From NCBI GenBank assembly GCA_047967505.1, contig CM106538.1: a stretch of DNA of 64,000 bases. One strand, 5' to 3'. This document shows, in pieces, positions 50,750 to 64,000 of the stretch (position 1 is its first letter; every line of letters begins with the position of its first letter). Source of the stretch: Dipteris shenzhenensis. Its lineage: Eukaryota. The notes beneath the pieces are model-generated. The model saw only the letters and a program-made list of their open reading frames with translations. It was not told where the DNA came from and made no database searches. Made by a program: the position numbers and the translations under genes.

Positions 50750-51930
50750 ACCTTCTTTTGGGATTGTTTGAGAGTGCTTTCAGAATCCTTTATGGGCTAG
50801 AGCCATGATAAAGTGCCTTGAGGTTGTTTGAAATTGCTTTGAGAATGCTTTGTGGTTGGAGCCATGATAGAATACTTTGAGATTGTTTGAGGCTGATTTG
50901 TGGCTTGAGCCATGATAAATTACTTTGAGACTGATTGGATCCATGATGAGCTACACTGAGAGTGTTTTCAGACCGCTTTCTAATTGTTTGGAGCCTTGAT
51001 GAACTGCTTCGAGCATGCTTTCTGATTGGTTGTGGAGCCATGATGAACTACTTTGAGATTGTTTTCAGATTGCTTTTTGATTGTTTGTATCCATGATGAA
51101 CTTCTTTGAGAGTGTTTTCACACAATTGCTTTGAGATTGCTTTGAGTAACTGCTTTGGGACTGCTTCCAATAATTGCTTTGGACTGCTCACAATGCACAA
51201 AGGGGCCACAAAGTGATATGATAGTTTTGGCCACAAAGGAACTTGTGGGATGGAATGATGAACTACTTTGAGAGTTGCTTCAGATTGCTTCCTGACTATT
51301 TTGAGCCATGATGAACTACTTTGAGAGTGTTTTTAGATAGTTGCTTTGAGACTGCTTTGAGTAACTACTTTGAGACTACTTTCAGTAACTACCTCGTAAC
51401 TGCTTTAAGACTGCTTTCAGTAACTACTTTGAGACTGCTCACAATGCACAAAGAGGGCACAAAGTGATATGACAGTTTTGGCCACAAAGTAACATATGGG
51501 ATGACATGATGAACTGCTTTGAGAGTTGTTTCAGATTACTTCTTGATTGGTTGTGGAGCCATGAAGAACTACTTCGAGAACTACTTCGAGAGTGTCTTTA
51601 GATAGTTTCTTTGAGTAAATGCTTTCAGTAATAACTGCTTTGCTCAACTGCTCACAATGCACAAAGGTAGCATAAAGTGATATGATAGGCTTGGGCACAA
51701 AGAAACCTATGAGATGGTATGATGAAGTGCTTTGAGAGTTCTTTTAATTTGCTTCTTGACTGGTTCAAGACATCATGAACTACTATGAGAGTGTTTTCAA
51801 ACCGTTGCTTTGAGACCTGCTTTGAGTTTACTATAGTAATTGCTTTGAGACTGCTCACAATGCACAAAGGGGGAACAAAGTGATATGTCAATTTTGGCCA
51901 CAAAGAAACCTATGGGATGGCATGAATGTT
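50750..51930. repeat. Complex tandem repeat region upstream of or within the Sola2-like transposase
   Basis: ctgctcacaatgcacaaag...gtgatatg...ttggccacaaag at 51184, 51435, 51648 and 51851, embedded in tgctttgaga/gagccatgatgaac subrepeats. Confidence 0.85.
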
Positions 51931-52099
51931 GGACTTGTTTGAAGTCAACCTTGGTTGTTGTAAAGCCGGTGAGTCTCTGAGTGAGAGCACTATTGTTATT
52001 ATGTAATGAGACCATAGTGCCGATGTTTTTTTTAAAAAGTAGATAATTGACAGCCTATGTTACTACTTATGAGAGCTTCCTTGATTTGTACAATGCCAT

Positions 52100-53898
52100 A
52101 GGTTGACCTCTTCTAGTGATTCAAGGACACCTTTCTAGAGATAAAAATTCAACAATGCTCATTTGAGTGCTTGAAGCCCTATTTCATGCAAAAACTAAAG
52201 GACAGGTGCACATGCTATTGCATTTATCATGTGTAGATGATTTTTATCAAGGATGTAGTCAATCAGCAGAGTTTTGATCTTCATGGAGCATCTTGCAACT
52301 GTGATTGTCAGATATGTGGATATAGAATAGGTTGCAAAGCTTTTGGACAAGCTTACAAGGGTGTCACTCCCATCTACGAGTCTGTGGTGTGCCCCAAAAT
52401 TCTTGGAGCCACATTCCACTGTCATCAATGTCTATTGGATGAGTGCAAAAAATGTGGTCCAAAGAACATGTCATGTTGCCCTCATGAGATGAATCAAGTT
52501 TCCAAAAAGGCGATGGTGAAGGTCTTCCAAAATTTGGACATAGGCACCACTATGAATGGGAAAGAGAAGCAAAGGAAAGACCTTGTGAGAAAGGAGATGG
52601 ATTGCAACGATCTTATATGGATAATGAAGAAGCACCTCAAATATTCATCAAGCACAATCACACTTATAAGTGGAAAGTTGAACCGTTCAAAACGTACGTG
52701 CTAAGATTTTCTAAAGATGTGGTACTTTTGATGATCGACTTTGTAGAAAACTACTCTTTCAAGGAGCAAAATGAGATTCAATCCATGCATTGGCACTCTA
52801 GCTAGGTTATAATTTTTGTGCACATAACATACGTTTATATCAGAAATGAGGTGGAGAAGACATTTCACTTCTTTATTTCAAATGACAAGGTTCACGGCAC
52901 CCTCTTTGTCCATAGCATTGTTTTATGCTGCATCATAGGTGGTTGATAGATCAAGCGTTGGAGCTTACTAGGAATTGGGTTTGGTTAGGCTAGAAGGCCT
53001 TTCTATTTCATCTCTAGATTTGAATAGCTCATAGGTTTGAAATTGACATGGAATTTCTTTGGATCTGGGCATGACAAGGGCGAGCATGATGGAGTTGGGG
53101 CTGTTGTGAAGAGAGCATTGACACATGAATGGCTTAAGGAAAATGGAGTCATCGTAAATTGTGCATCTGATGTCATGGTCTTCTTGAGGACCAAGTTGTC
53201 TCATTGGAGTCAAGCTAGTTATGCATCTAAGGAAAAGAATGTAGCATGAGTGTTTTGGGAGGTTAAGGAAGGAGATGTTGATAGATCTATACAGTGGGAC
53301 TGTCAACTTGTGACTAAGACACAATCCATGCACTACATCATCAGAGGAGCTACACAATGGGGCTAGCAAGGAAATAGCAATGAAAAGGTTGTCATGCTAC
53401 TACAATGCTTGTATCCAAGAGTCTTGGAGAAAGTGCACCAATTGGGAATATCACATCATTGTTTGTAATGATGACGGTGATTTGTGTATCAATGATGAGC
53501 TCCTTAACGAACCTATGTATGTAGGGCATCATGATGCAAGTAGTGATGCTCTTTGCATGGGGGACAATTTTGCAGTGAATGCAGAGGTAGACAATGAAGA
53601 AGGTGTAGACTTCTACATATTGAAGTGTACCAAAGCTTAAGAGTGAAGCAAAAAAGCTATGCAAGATGGTTGGGCCAACATAATAGCAAAAAAATCCTCT
53701 GTTATGAAGGGTTTATTCTATGGCCATCAAGATCATCGTAGCTTTAAGCTTCTTGATGATCAACTTAAAGACTTCTTATACTCCCATCTTGTAAGGTCAT
53801 TCAAGTTTCCACTAGAAGCTATCGAGGGAGAGAGCTTGTACTTGCTTCCACTTGAAGTGTATGAGGTAATCTACAAAAGTATGCCTTATGATCTTTAA
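52100..53898 (+). pseudogene. Sola2-like DDE transposase pseudogene
   Basis: Cys-rich region (CNCDC...CLLDECKKCG), IDFVENYSFKEQNEIQSMHW, WNFFGSGHDKGEHDGVGAVVKR, C-terminal DNFAV...FYILKC. Stops and frameshifts present, and the middle catalytic SDG/DNC block appears deleted near 52985. Confidence 0.75.
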
Positions 53899-54399
53899 TA
53901 TATTTTTCCTACCTTGCTTTCATTTCTAGCAACATTTCTTTCTTGCCATATCTTAGACAAGGGTGTTGGCTGGTCTATATATTGTCTGTGGATATGCAGT
54001 ATCATAACAATGGATGATAAATTGCTTTTATAAAAAAAGAAAAGCTATGTGAGTGCTTGATCAAGGTTTTGTGACTGTTCTAACAATGCTCAGTAGTGCA
54101 CTGTGACTGTTATGAGACTTCTTGGAAGTGCTTTGTGACTGCTTGGAATTGCTTTGTGATAGTCATGTGAGTGCTTTGTGATTGTCATATGAATGCTTAG
54201 TAGAGCTTCGTGAAGTTATGTGAGTGCTAGGTGATTGCTTGGTAGTGCTTTGTGAAAATCAAGCAGTCTCATAATAGTGACAGCTATGTGAAATTGATAT
54301 AAGGCACAACACATTTGATCAAGGAGTCATGGCCAATTTTTCATGAGTAGAGCTAGTGCAAGGGACACAAATCTCATCGTAGGCAAAATGATGTTGGAA

Positions 54400-55420
54400 C
54401 CATACAAGATATTTTGCAATTGAACTTTAGGAAATTCCAAGTATATATATTTGATGTGAAAGGGTTTACTAGACCGTCCTTCTTAGCTTCTATCCAAATA
54501 CCTTTGGATTTATTCCAATTGACAAGTCCTCCAGATGCAAGGTGCAACTTATTAATGGATAAAGTGATGGTAGTCAGAATAAGCTGGTCACCTCTAACTG
54601 TAACTAATGTGTCATTTGGTGAAATCTATATGCAATAGCTCCATCTCCTATCTGATTGGAAGAGAAAGTACTAGGGTTCCCTAATTGGTAGCCTATATAT
54701 AGGAGACAAACTGTCCTTGCCTAGGCATAAGGATGCTCCTATAAGGCATCTGTGATCTCCTGAAGATTAAGGGGGAAACCTTACATATGTCTCATCATGT
54801 CTGAGACAATCTAGGGAACATGGCTCCACACCTCCTCTCTCACATGGCTATCTCATTAGTGACTAGATCTACAATGAAAATCCTAGAGTAGAAGTCAAAA
54901 GTGATGTCCACAAGGCAATGTTTATAACACTATTACATCATTTGTGAGTCTTCTCAAGATTTCTAAAGAATACCTCTATCCAACCACCCTAAAGAACTCT
55001 TTAGAGCACCTATCACCTGCCTATCATATGACCATTTGCACCATTAATAAATCTCTTAGCATTCAGGCCCCTCACATTCAAAGAAATAATAGATAATCTA
55101 GACATCAACTGGAAGTGGGGGTGTGCCACTATAAAAAATATGTATATCTCTTTTAGTAGGGTCTGACCATAAGTGACCCCTAACCACACACCAAGCCTGA
55201 TGATTGAATTGGTGTACAATGAAATCCTCACTAGGAAAGGTACATAGCCATGCATCAAGATACAAAAAATCAAACTTGTGTGTGCATCTGTCCAAATTAA
55301 TATCACCTTGAACCAAAAAGAATAGAAAGCACAAAGCATGATAGGGAGACTAGGTTGAAGAATCCTATTACAGGGCATGAATCTAGAAACCCACCATACC
55401 ATCAATAGCTAAAGTTTGAA
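54400..55420 (-). mobile_element. Degraded L1-like endonuclease fragments
   Basis: RLSIISLNVRGLN (~55060-55105) and LVQGDINL (~55300). Confidence 0.55.
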
Positions 55421-56733
55421 TCCTAGGCATGACTTGTCTAACAATCTCACTGTCTATCATCTCGGGTGACCAAACCTCACCCTCGGGAAAGCAAAAATTG
55501 CAAGAGGTGGAGCTTGAGATGTGGGCCTATTTCGAGGAAATTGAAGAGCCATGTACTCCGTGATCTCTCCTGACCATCTGTAAAAAATGGAATCAGCTCA
55601 AGATAAAGATAACCTACCTCTACATCACCTCAAGAGAAAAGGGTCCCAAAATTGGAGGGGAGATCATGATTAGCCATCCTAGAGGCAATCTTGGAGACAC
55701 TCCTCTATAGAGAAACTATCTCCTTAAGACTGGAATCAATAACTAAGGCAAAGGACTGATATGGTGATGCTATGCTCCTTTTCATACTCCATCTTGTGGC
55801 TTTCTAACTCCTTAATTGGGTACTTTGCCTCTTGATGGGCCCTGGGTTTAGATTTGGCTTCATGGATTCCAAATCCTGGTTGCACTCTTTAACATCCATG
55901 ATTTGGCTTCTATTTCTCTTGGTTGAATAGGAAACATATGTGGCATATCCATGCTTGGATGTTTTTATTAAATGATGGATAGCAAACATCCATCCTTGCT
56001 AAAGAGCCTAGTTGCATCCATAAAAAATCCTTGTTATAGCTTTGATAAAAACATCCATGCCTGGTTGCACTCATATCTCTCCTAATGATGAATAGTGGGC
56101 TCCAAAGTCCTAGATGGATTTATTGGCTTCAATAATTTTGATGGCTTCCAAGTCGTGGTTGAACTCATTGCCTTTGATCTCTCCTAGTGAGTTCTAAGCT
56201 CCAAATTCCTAGATGGATTTAGTGGCTTTGATCTTTGCTTGATGACTTGTGGGCTTTGAGTTGCAGGTGGACCTCGTGAGCTTGTAGTCATCTTGGCACA
56301 AGGTCCTATTGGGTTGGGGACCACGGACTTGACAAGCCAAGTTGGTTAGTGCCTTGAATATGCAATTGCATGGATGGAATTAATGACCTAAAAATTTCTA
56401 GATCAGCCTTAGAGGATGATCACAGTTATTCCTCCTAATGGAGCCCCTATGTTTTCCACCCATTTCAATAGTTATGAGAGACACACCCACTCTGGATTTT
56501 CCTTTGTTTAAGAGAGTAGGCACTCCTTTTCAGCTTTTGCAACATAGTGTTGTGACCATATCTAGCTTATTGTGGAGAATTTTCAAAGTCCATTCCCTTT
56601 GTTTAAGAGGGACTTACCCACTCAGGATCTTCCTTTGCTTAAGAGAGTGGGCACCCCTTTTCCCTTTTCATAGTTATGAGGGACACACCCACTTAGGTTG
56701 TTCCTTTGTTTAAGACAGTAGGCAATCCTTTTC

Positions 56734-58785
56734 CCTTTTTTTTTTGGGTTAAAAAAAAAGTTGTATTATATTATATCATCATCATAAATATTCAAAGTAC
56801 ATGTTCTTTAGCATAGAATAGCCAGTCCCCATGGGGAGAAGTTTCTTTACCAAAACATTTCTGACAGATACTCATGAGCTTGAGGGCTTTTGAAATTGTC
56901 ATAGCAGTAGCAGAGTTAAAAGAGAGGTACATATGAATCATCTGTGTCTTCATCATTAAAATAGTCAGAGTAGTTGAAGTTCTCTAAATCATGAGAGCTG
57001 TTAGAGTCATCTGTGGCAGTAGCCTGGGCTTCACTGGGTGACATTGGCTCCTTCTTTACAGTTGGAGGGGGGTCCTCTTTAAGAAAATCAATAAACTCAA
57101 GGGGGATTTCAAAAGGTGTGGTGTTGTCAATCCCAAAAAGCTTTGAATATGGTCTTGAAGGTTAGCATTAAAGAGGGCAGCCTCAGTTCTAAATTGGTTT
57201 ATCATTTCTATAATTTTCCTTTGGTCCTGTTCAGCCAATTGAGAAAAAGCAAGTCTGCATACAACACAATTTGATTAAACTGGAAATTGTTTCTGGTTAT
57301 CCAAATAAACCAAAGTGCATGTGCTCTGATAGGTGTTAATAATTCCTGTTTGTCCTTGCAGAGTCTTCTAGTCATATGGCCTTCCAATTTATCAGCTCCC
57401 CTATTTCAAGTTGTACTATTTTCCACACCTTTCTAGCAACAGGGCAGGCAATAAAGAGGTGGAAAATATTTTCATTTGTATAGGGGCACCTCATGCATTT
57501 GCCATTTCCCTTTCCAATCCTCACTCTATTGTTAGTCCACATAGCTTTATGTATTATTAGCCAAAGCAAGGCAGACATTTTGTTAGGGATTGAGCTTGAC
57601 CAAATGGAACAAAATCTGAATTTCCATTTGCCCTTAGAGTCCTATAGTTTCCACCTAGTATTAAGGACCGTGCAGAGATCTCCAATGTCTTCGAGGCTGT
57701 CAAGGTGATGGCAGATGGAAAAACACCAGGAGAGGATGGATTGCTAATTGAATGTCAATAATGGGAATCTGCCTACTCATATTAATGGGGGTGTTATTAA
57801 ACTTATTCCTAAGGAAGGGGATAAGGAAGAGCTAACTGGAGGCCTCACTTTGCTAAAACACTAGCTCTGAGAGTAAAGAATAGAAGTGAATACTTCCAGA
57901 GTAGAAAGGCTTCTTCTTGAATCCGTTATCAATATCTGGGAGGGATGTGAGAGAAACAAAGCAGGTTGACTTTGATAAAGCATATGATAGACTTGAATGG
58001 GACTTCATCATCCAGACTTTGGCTAATATGGGCCTTGGCATATATTAAACTCCTTCTCACTAATGCTTTAGCCAAAAGATTTGTGTCAATGGGATCATGA
58101 TCCTTTATCCTCAAAAGGTCTATAACCCAGGGTTGCCCATTGCTCCTTTACTTTTTGCAATTGCTTCAACATCAGAGTCAAGAAGGAAAGGTGAAAGGCA
58201 TTGAGTTACCTTATATGCCAACCGTTTGTAAAGCTTCTGGTTCTAAAATCAACCACTCCAAAACTGGATATGCAACTCAAAGGGGATGAACAGGCTACTA
58301 GAGAATCAAACATAGCACAGTCTTCAGATTATTGGATACCCATGTTCTTGAATAGGTTTCAAAACAAGATTGAGAAATGGAGAGGGTTCCAGGCTAGTCT
58401 AGCTGGAAGAAGAATTGTTCTCAACCACTGCATATAACTTATTGTCTAAATTTGTAGATGGGAGTTCTGTATCAAACCAAGTAGGAAGGAGGCATAAATG
58501 TGATAGATATAGAGCAGGCTGCTCTGAAACTATCCTCAACTTGGATAATTAAGGAATGTCAAATCCCTAAGACCTCTAAGAGCTCCCAAGTGGAAAAAGT
58601 ACCCTATGCTATCAGCTATATGTAACCTTGAACCCTGCAGAGCTAAAGGTAGTTAGCTTTGGATCTCACTTTTAAAAGGGACTGCAATGCTAGGGTTAGA
58701 GCTGAAACCAGATTAGGAGAGAGTTCAGTTTAAATAACCAAAGCTAGGCACTTGTCTTGAATAGAATTCAACATTGGTTTACGAT
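56734..58785 (-). mobile_element. L1-like LINE with an inverted 5' segment
   Basis: Poly(T) at 56736-56745, zf-RVT on the minus strand (KCMRC...ENIFHLFIACPVARKVW), RT on the plus strand at 57670-58700 (GKTPGEDG, DFDKAYDRLEW, QGCP). 21 bp flanking repeats at 56713-56733 and 58786-58806. Confidence 0.75.
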
Positions 58786-59439
58786 AGAGAGTAGGCAATA
58801 CTTTTCAATTTGTGCAATATAGTGTCGTTACCATATCTAGCTGATTGTGGTGGAGACTTTTCAGAGTCTACTCCCTCCACTTTTAGACAATCCTCCTAGG
58901 CCACTAGGCTTTAGTAGCACATTGATTTTTTAGCTTCAATGGACTTTTTGCCCCTTACTTATGCTAGGAAATTAACTACACATGGGGAATACTTGTATCA
59001 CTTATAGGTCTAGAAAGCAATTCCAAGCTTCCTTGTTTCACAAGAAGAACCATTAGCTAGAATATTCAAGGGTTGGATGATGTTCCCCATCATGGATTAT
59101 TTTTTCATGTGAGTTTCGTTAAGAAGTGAAAATTTTATATTGTCATCAAAAGTTTGTATGCTCTAATAAAAATAAAATTTGAAACATTCACTAAGATTTG
59201 AAACTCTTATGCAAAAATTTTAAAAGTTTCGCTAGGAGTTATATATTTTATCTAGAAATTCAAAAGAAAATATATAAAATTGTACTATATTTTGCTAATA
59301 TCATGAAAATAAAAAAATTATCTTAATAAACATTCGCTAATATTTTATATTAATATAAAAGTATAGCTTCAATAAAAACATCCATGTTCCTCATTGCCAT
59401 TGTAGATAATTGATTCATAATCAGCTAGATCTAGGTATT

Positions 59440-60480
59440 TTAGATGGTTCTAGAGATATTATTTTTCTTCAAGAACACAAGTTTAATGATGTGGCTAGCC
59501 AAAAATCGGGCAACCTTCTTTCTATTTGAACTTTTTAGTTAGGTGTATCAAGTGGCACTAGGGGAGAGACTTGCATATTAATTTCAGCTTCCATTGATTC
59601 TCTAGTTGTTGGTTGTCATCCATTCTAGAGCTCAATGGATTATTCTTGCTCTTGATGGGCACAAAATTGGTTTTCTTGGTTATGTGTGTCTAGTAACAAT
59701 AATGAACATATAGTGTCTTGGCAAGAATTACTTTCATGAATTTAGATGGTATATTCATGGATCATTTTGGGGTGACTTTAATATGGACCTGCTCACATAT
59801 TAAAAAGGGGTATAGAAGGTGGCATTCACTCTCCTTTGCAAGCCTCATGGGATGCACTCATTTTCACTTCAAAGGTAGAAATGTTGGCCTGATAATGTTT
59901 CTCATGCTTTCCACCACCTTGCTTCTATTTCTCTTGGTTGAATAGGAAACATATGTGGCCTATCCATGCTTGGAGCAATAGATTCTATGTTGATGATTAG
60001 GGTTTAAATAGAGGTGGCACTATCTGTATTGCCCCAAGGGTTTCCACTTTGGAATACTTTCCTTTTGAGCTGTATGTCTTCTCACAATCAATTAATGATA
60101 GGATTTTAGTAGAGGAGGATCTCATTGACGATTCTTGTTCTCCAATTTCTTTGGTAGTGATGATATTACATGCCCATGTTTTAATCATTTATATCCAGGA
60201 CTAGTAGACATGATTCTCTTAGGCAAGAGGTAGCCATCCATCAACTAGTTGTTAGCCTTGGAGAGTGACGAATAGGAAGGGATTTCAGAAGGTATGGAAG
60301 GAATGATTCCTAGCTCCTCTACTTTATTTGTTTAATCTCCTTCCTTAGATCTCAAAGAGATGATATTATTGACTTGAAGCTCCCCATCAAATAGGATGAG
60401 GAGCTCTTAGACAATGGGCTTGCTAGTTATTTGGATGCCTTACCACCTCTTTTAGGTTGGCCTTTATAATTGATAATGTT
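59440..60480 (+). mobile_element. Degraded L1-like endonuclease region
   Basis: IFLQEHKF, GGDFN-like ggggtgactttaat, and IDRFYV-like atagattctatgtt. Confidence 0.6.
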
Positions 60481-60499
60481 CATACTTAGTACAAAAATA

Positions 60500-61250
60500 T
60501 ACTTTAGGCACATCTTCTTTTCTAATTTGTACATGGTGATATCCAGATTTTGAATTAAATTTATTAAATATTTAGCCCATTGCAATTGATCAAAGAGATC
60601 ACCAATGTAATGCTGAGATATGGTGCCATGAGCACATAGATTAAAGGCTAATGTGGACTACATGATGTGGAGATGTGGATTGAGGACATCCACAAGGAGA
60701 GATGTGGATCAGAGGATCCCACATGTGTTGACTATTCAAAGAGCTCTCTCTATATAAGAAGCCTATCATGTATTGCTGATTACATATTGCAATAGATTGA
60801 GTGTTTGCTTCCCTATGTCTCTCTTGTTGTGCTTTGATCCTCCTTGATCCCATATTTTGTCATGTAAGACATAGGATATTTATTTCTTATTGTGATATCA
60901 ATAATCTATGCATGAGTATCCTTTTTCTTTACCAATAATATTGGTAAAGACCAAGGTGAGCTACTTGGTTGAATTAGGACTTTTCTAATTCAGTTATTTG
61001 TCTTTTTACTTCACGTTCTCTCACATAACTAAGTCTAGAAGGGGATTTACAAACCTGGGTAGATCCAAGAAATGTATCTATTTTATTATATACTTCTCTC
61101 TTAGGGGATAAATCATCATACAAGTTAGATGGAAAAACATCTTTAAATTCAACCATCAAATCATTGAAAGAAGGTTTATCTTTTTTTAACAACATTAAGT
61201 TTAAGTTTATATTTTTTCAAGTGCAAAAGATATAAAATTATGAACAAAAA
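60500..61250 (-). mobile_element. Degraded Ty3/Gypsy pol relic
   Basis: EFKDVFPSNLYDDLSPKREVYNKID...PSRLS...EVKRQITEL, a typical pre-RT region. Confidence 0.65.
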
Positions 61251-64000
61251 TAAAATCACAAATATATACCTCACATTCTTGTTGGTGTAGAAGTCACTCC
61301 AATTTCATCAAACAAATAAGTGGAGAATTAGGGACATTATGTTTCTCTTGAATAACATGATGTAATTATTTAAATAACTCCACTGTACAAGCTATGTCCA
61401 ATACTATAGCCATTATTGACCTAGAGCAATATCTATTTTGCTGAGATGCATAATTCAAATGTCCAAAGCATCTTTATGGATTTGAATATCCACCTCTATA
61501 TTATGGTGCCCTCTACCTTTTTATCACTATCCTTTTCAAGAAAGAGTACATAATTATTTGTTCTTGCATCTCTCAAGCATTATTTATCTATTTTTTTGGG
61601 TTTCAATTCCCCTCACTTGTGGAAACGTTTCAATATCATTGGATATTTAATAGACCCAATGCGTGGGTTTTATCTGGAAAAGGTAATGTATTCTCCCTCA
61701 ACAAGGTAAATGTAAACGAAAGATCTACTGATACATTCCCTGAAGAGATTCCTGAATTATACAAATAATATAATCTTCTGTTACCTTGTGAAAAATGAAC
61801 TAGATTCGTGGATACTGCATAGGAAAAACTGTGACACCCTTAAGATTAATAAACAATTACTGACTCAATATCTAGTGACAAATAAAATTATTTCCAAGTA
61901 TGAATCAAAATTAAATTCCAATTATGATTCATTGAGCCATGGGATTAATCACGAATTCCCCCTAAAAGAAGAATATAATCTTTTGTCATACCTACTTTGG
62001 ATTCGTCAAAATGATTTATCGAGTTGTAGGCACTTGGAGTCTCGAGCAACTTTAACTTCTCAACAACTAACAAGTAGTTTTTGGATGGATGATGCCTTTG
62101 AAACTTTGCCTCATTTTCTCTTGCTCTTGTGGTCAAATAGGAAGCTGCATATGCCCAGCATGCATGGATTAATAGGAACAGAGGTAGTTTGATATGCATT
62201 GCACCAAAGATTTCCATTTAGATTACACTTTTGGTGGTTTTTAAAATTTTTGAGCCTATTGCAAGGTGCCATTCTACTAGTATTAGGATTTTGGATGCCT
62301 TGCATGTAGATGGCCTCACAAGTGATTTTTTGTAGATTTGGGTGTCTCATTTATAGGGTTGATTGTCTTCTTGTGCACATGTGGTGAAGCCCTATACTAT
62401 TTGCTAGCACCAGGAGATATGATATTCTTAGGCAGGCCTCCATACGCAGCTAGCAGTCCTTTAGAGGAAACAGAAAAAAAGTCCTATAGATGCTTTGATT
62501 CCATAGTACCTTGTTGTCAATAAATTATTTTTCTCTACCCTTGGCCCGAGACACAGTAGAGAAAGTTTTTCTCAGATTATTGATTTTGTATCTCATCATC
62601 AACAAGTAAAGGGTCCGTCGATATGTCTATTTATGTGGTACTCTACGCATGGATGGAGTAAGTGGCTCCATTCCCATGTGCACAATCTTTAATCTCTCCT
62701 AAAATTCATGGAACTGGCCTTCAGTGGAATTATTAGTCATTTCATAATAAGCTAGATCCATATACATAAGGGCTAGGGTCTTTGCTGCAGAGAAACTTGA
62801 AATCCTTTACATTTGTGTCTAATAATAAATATTTATCTAATTCCTATCTAATTTTGGTTCCACAAAACCGTCCTCTTCCTTTTGATTTTCTGCTACGATA
62901 GTGAGGTGGTAGTTCCCTATTTGAAACATAGTTTGAATATCTATACACATAACATATTCTCTACCACCAATAAAGAATGTGGGGAGGACCAAAATAGGAA
63001 TGAACTATGGATCCTCTAAGTTTGAAGGATCATGGAGACTAGAAACCACTTCGGAGGTTTCTCTTCTCTCTGCTTCAATATCGACCCCTTATTGACCAAA
63101 TCAATTAACACCTTCCATGCTTTGGTGGCATTTGGATTTAGGCAAGTGTGCATGCTAGTATGACCGATGCTATAGCCCTTGTGACAACAATGTTTCAATT
63201 TTGACTCCTGTTAGTGGGAAGGGACCTATTGATGTGCTTAGACTCAAGGATAATGTATTATATCAGTACTCAAAACCTTGGTTGAATCAATTGGTGAGGA
63301 TGAAGTGGTTTTGAGGCTGGGTGCTGCTTTAGAATTATAGCAAGAGACTATGTACTTTGAGGATTACCTTCCCCAGTTGTCTGGGAGCATGTTTTTGTGT
63401 AGTTTTCCACTATAGAGGGAAAGGGAGGGGAAAGGTTCTTGTGTAACTCCCCTGTCCGATTGTGGAACTTCATTAGGCTTTTACCTTGGGGGACAACTCA
63501 TCATACGTGGAACCCAAATGCATAAATTACCATCATAAATGTTTTGGGCCCGTAGTTTACTTGGATTCTATTTGTCTATGTGGGGGTGGTCGATTGGGTA
63601 GAGGTGGTGGTCAATGTTGAGGACATTTGGGCAAACATATGTGCTTTTGCCCTTCGTAATAGCCTTGTCATTTGTTGTCTCGACTTCGTGCCCATGTTAG
63701 GGCCAATGCCACTATTCATTTGTTGTCATGGGGCTCGTATCCGTTTGGTCAATGACCCATGTTTTTACCAAGAAGGTGAGGTTTTTGTGTGACCTTTTTC
63801 GATCTCTTCATCATGTCCACGCTGCCATCTTTTTACCAAGGAGGTGAGGTTCTTGTGTGGATCCCCCCTTTGGTCTCTTTGTTGGTTGGCTCGCCATTCA
63901 TCTTCTTGGAATCTTGTGTGCTAAAAGGATGTGAAAGTGCACAATACTCACCACTATACTACAACAACTCGTCACTTACTTGCATGAGTGGCAACCTTGT

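Overview
TE-dense eukaryotic nuclear DNA, most likely from a non-angiosperm land plant such as a fern or lycophyte. This is inferred from a miR536-like locus together with RTEX-like LINEs and Sola-like transposases. I can support one protein-coding gene: a minus-strand RanBP2-type zinc-finger gene of about 293 aa with six exons (37034->9978) and a ~24.4 kb TE-filled intron. There is also one miRNA locus, a MIR536-like foldback at ~45.7-46.0 kb whose star arm is tandemly duplicated. The rest is transposon-derived: a Copia element with a codon-precise 2.5 kb internal inversion and nested inserts, an RTEX-like LINE, decayed L1-like LINEs (one apparently 5'-inverted), Gypsy relics, two Sola-like DDE transposase pseudogenes, and a ~180 bp satellite whose monomers each carry a hairpin. 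The most unusual system is a family of short retroposons that encode only a LINE ORF1-like protein, with no endonuclease or RT. They end in the same covarying 3' stem-loop and pyrimidine tail as the full RTEX-like LINE, making them a plant analogue of mammalian HAL1 'half-LINEs'. All calls come from reading and translating by eye, and no database searches were run. Boundaries of degraded elements are approximate.
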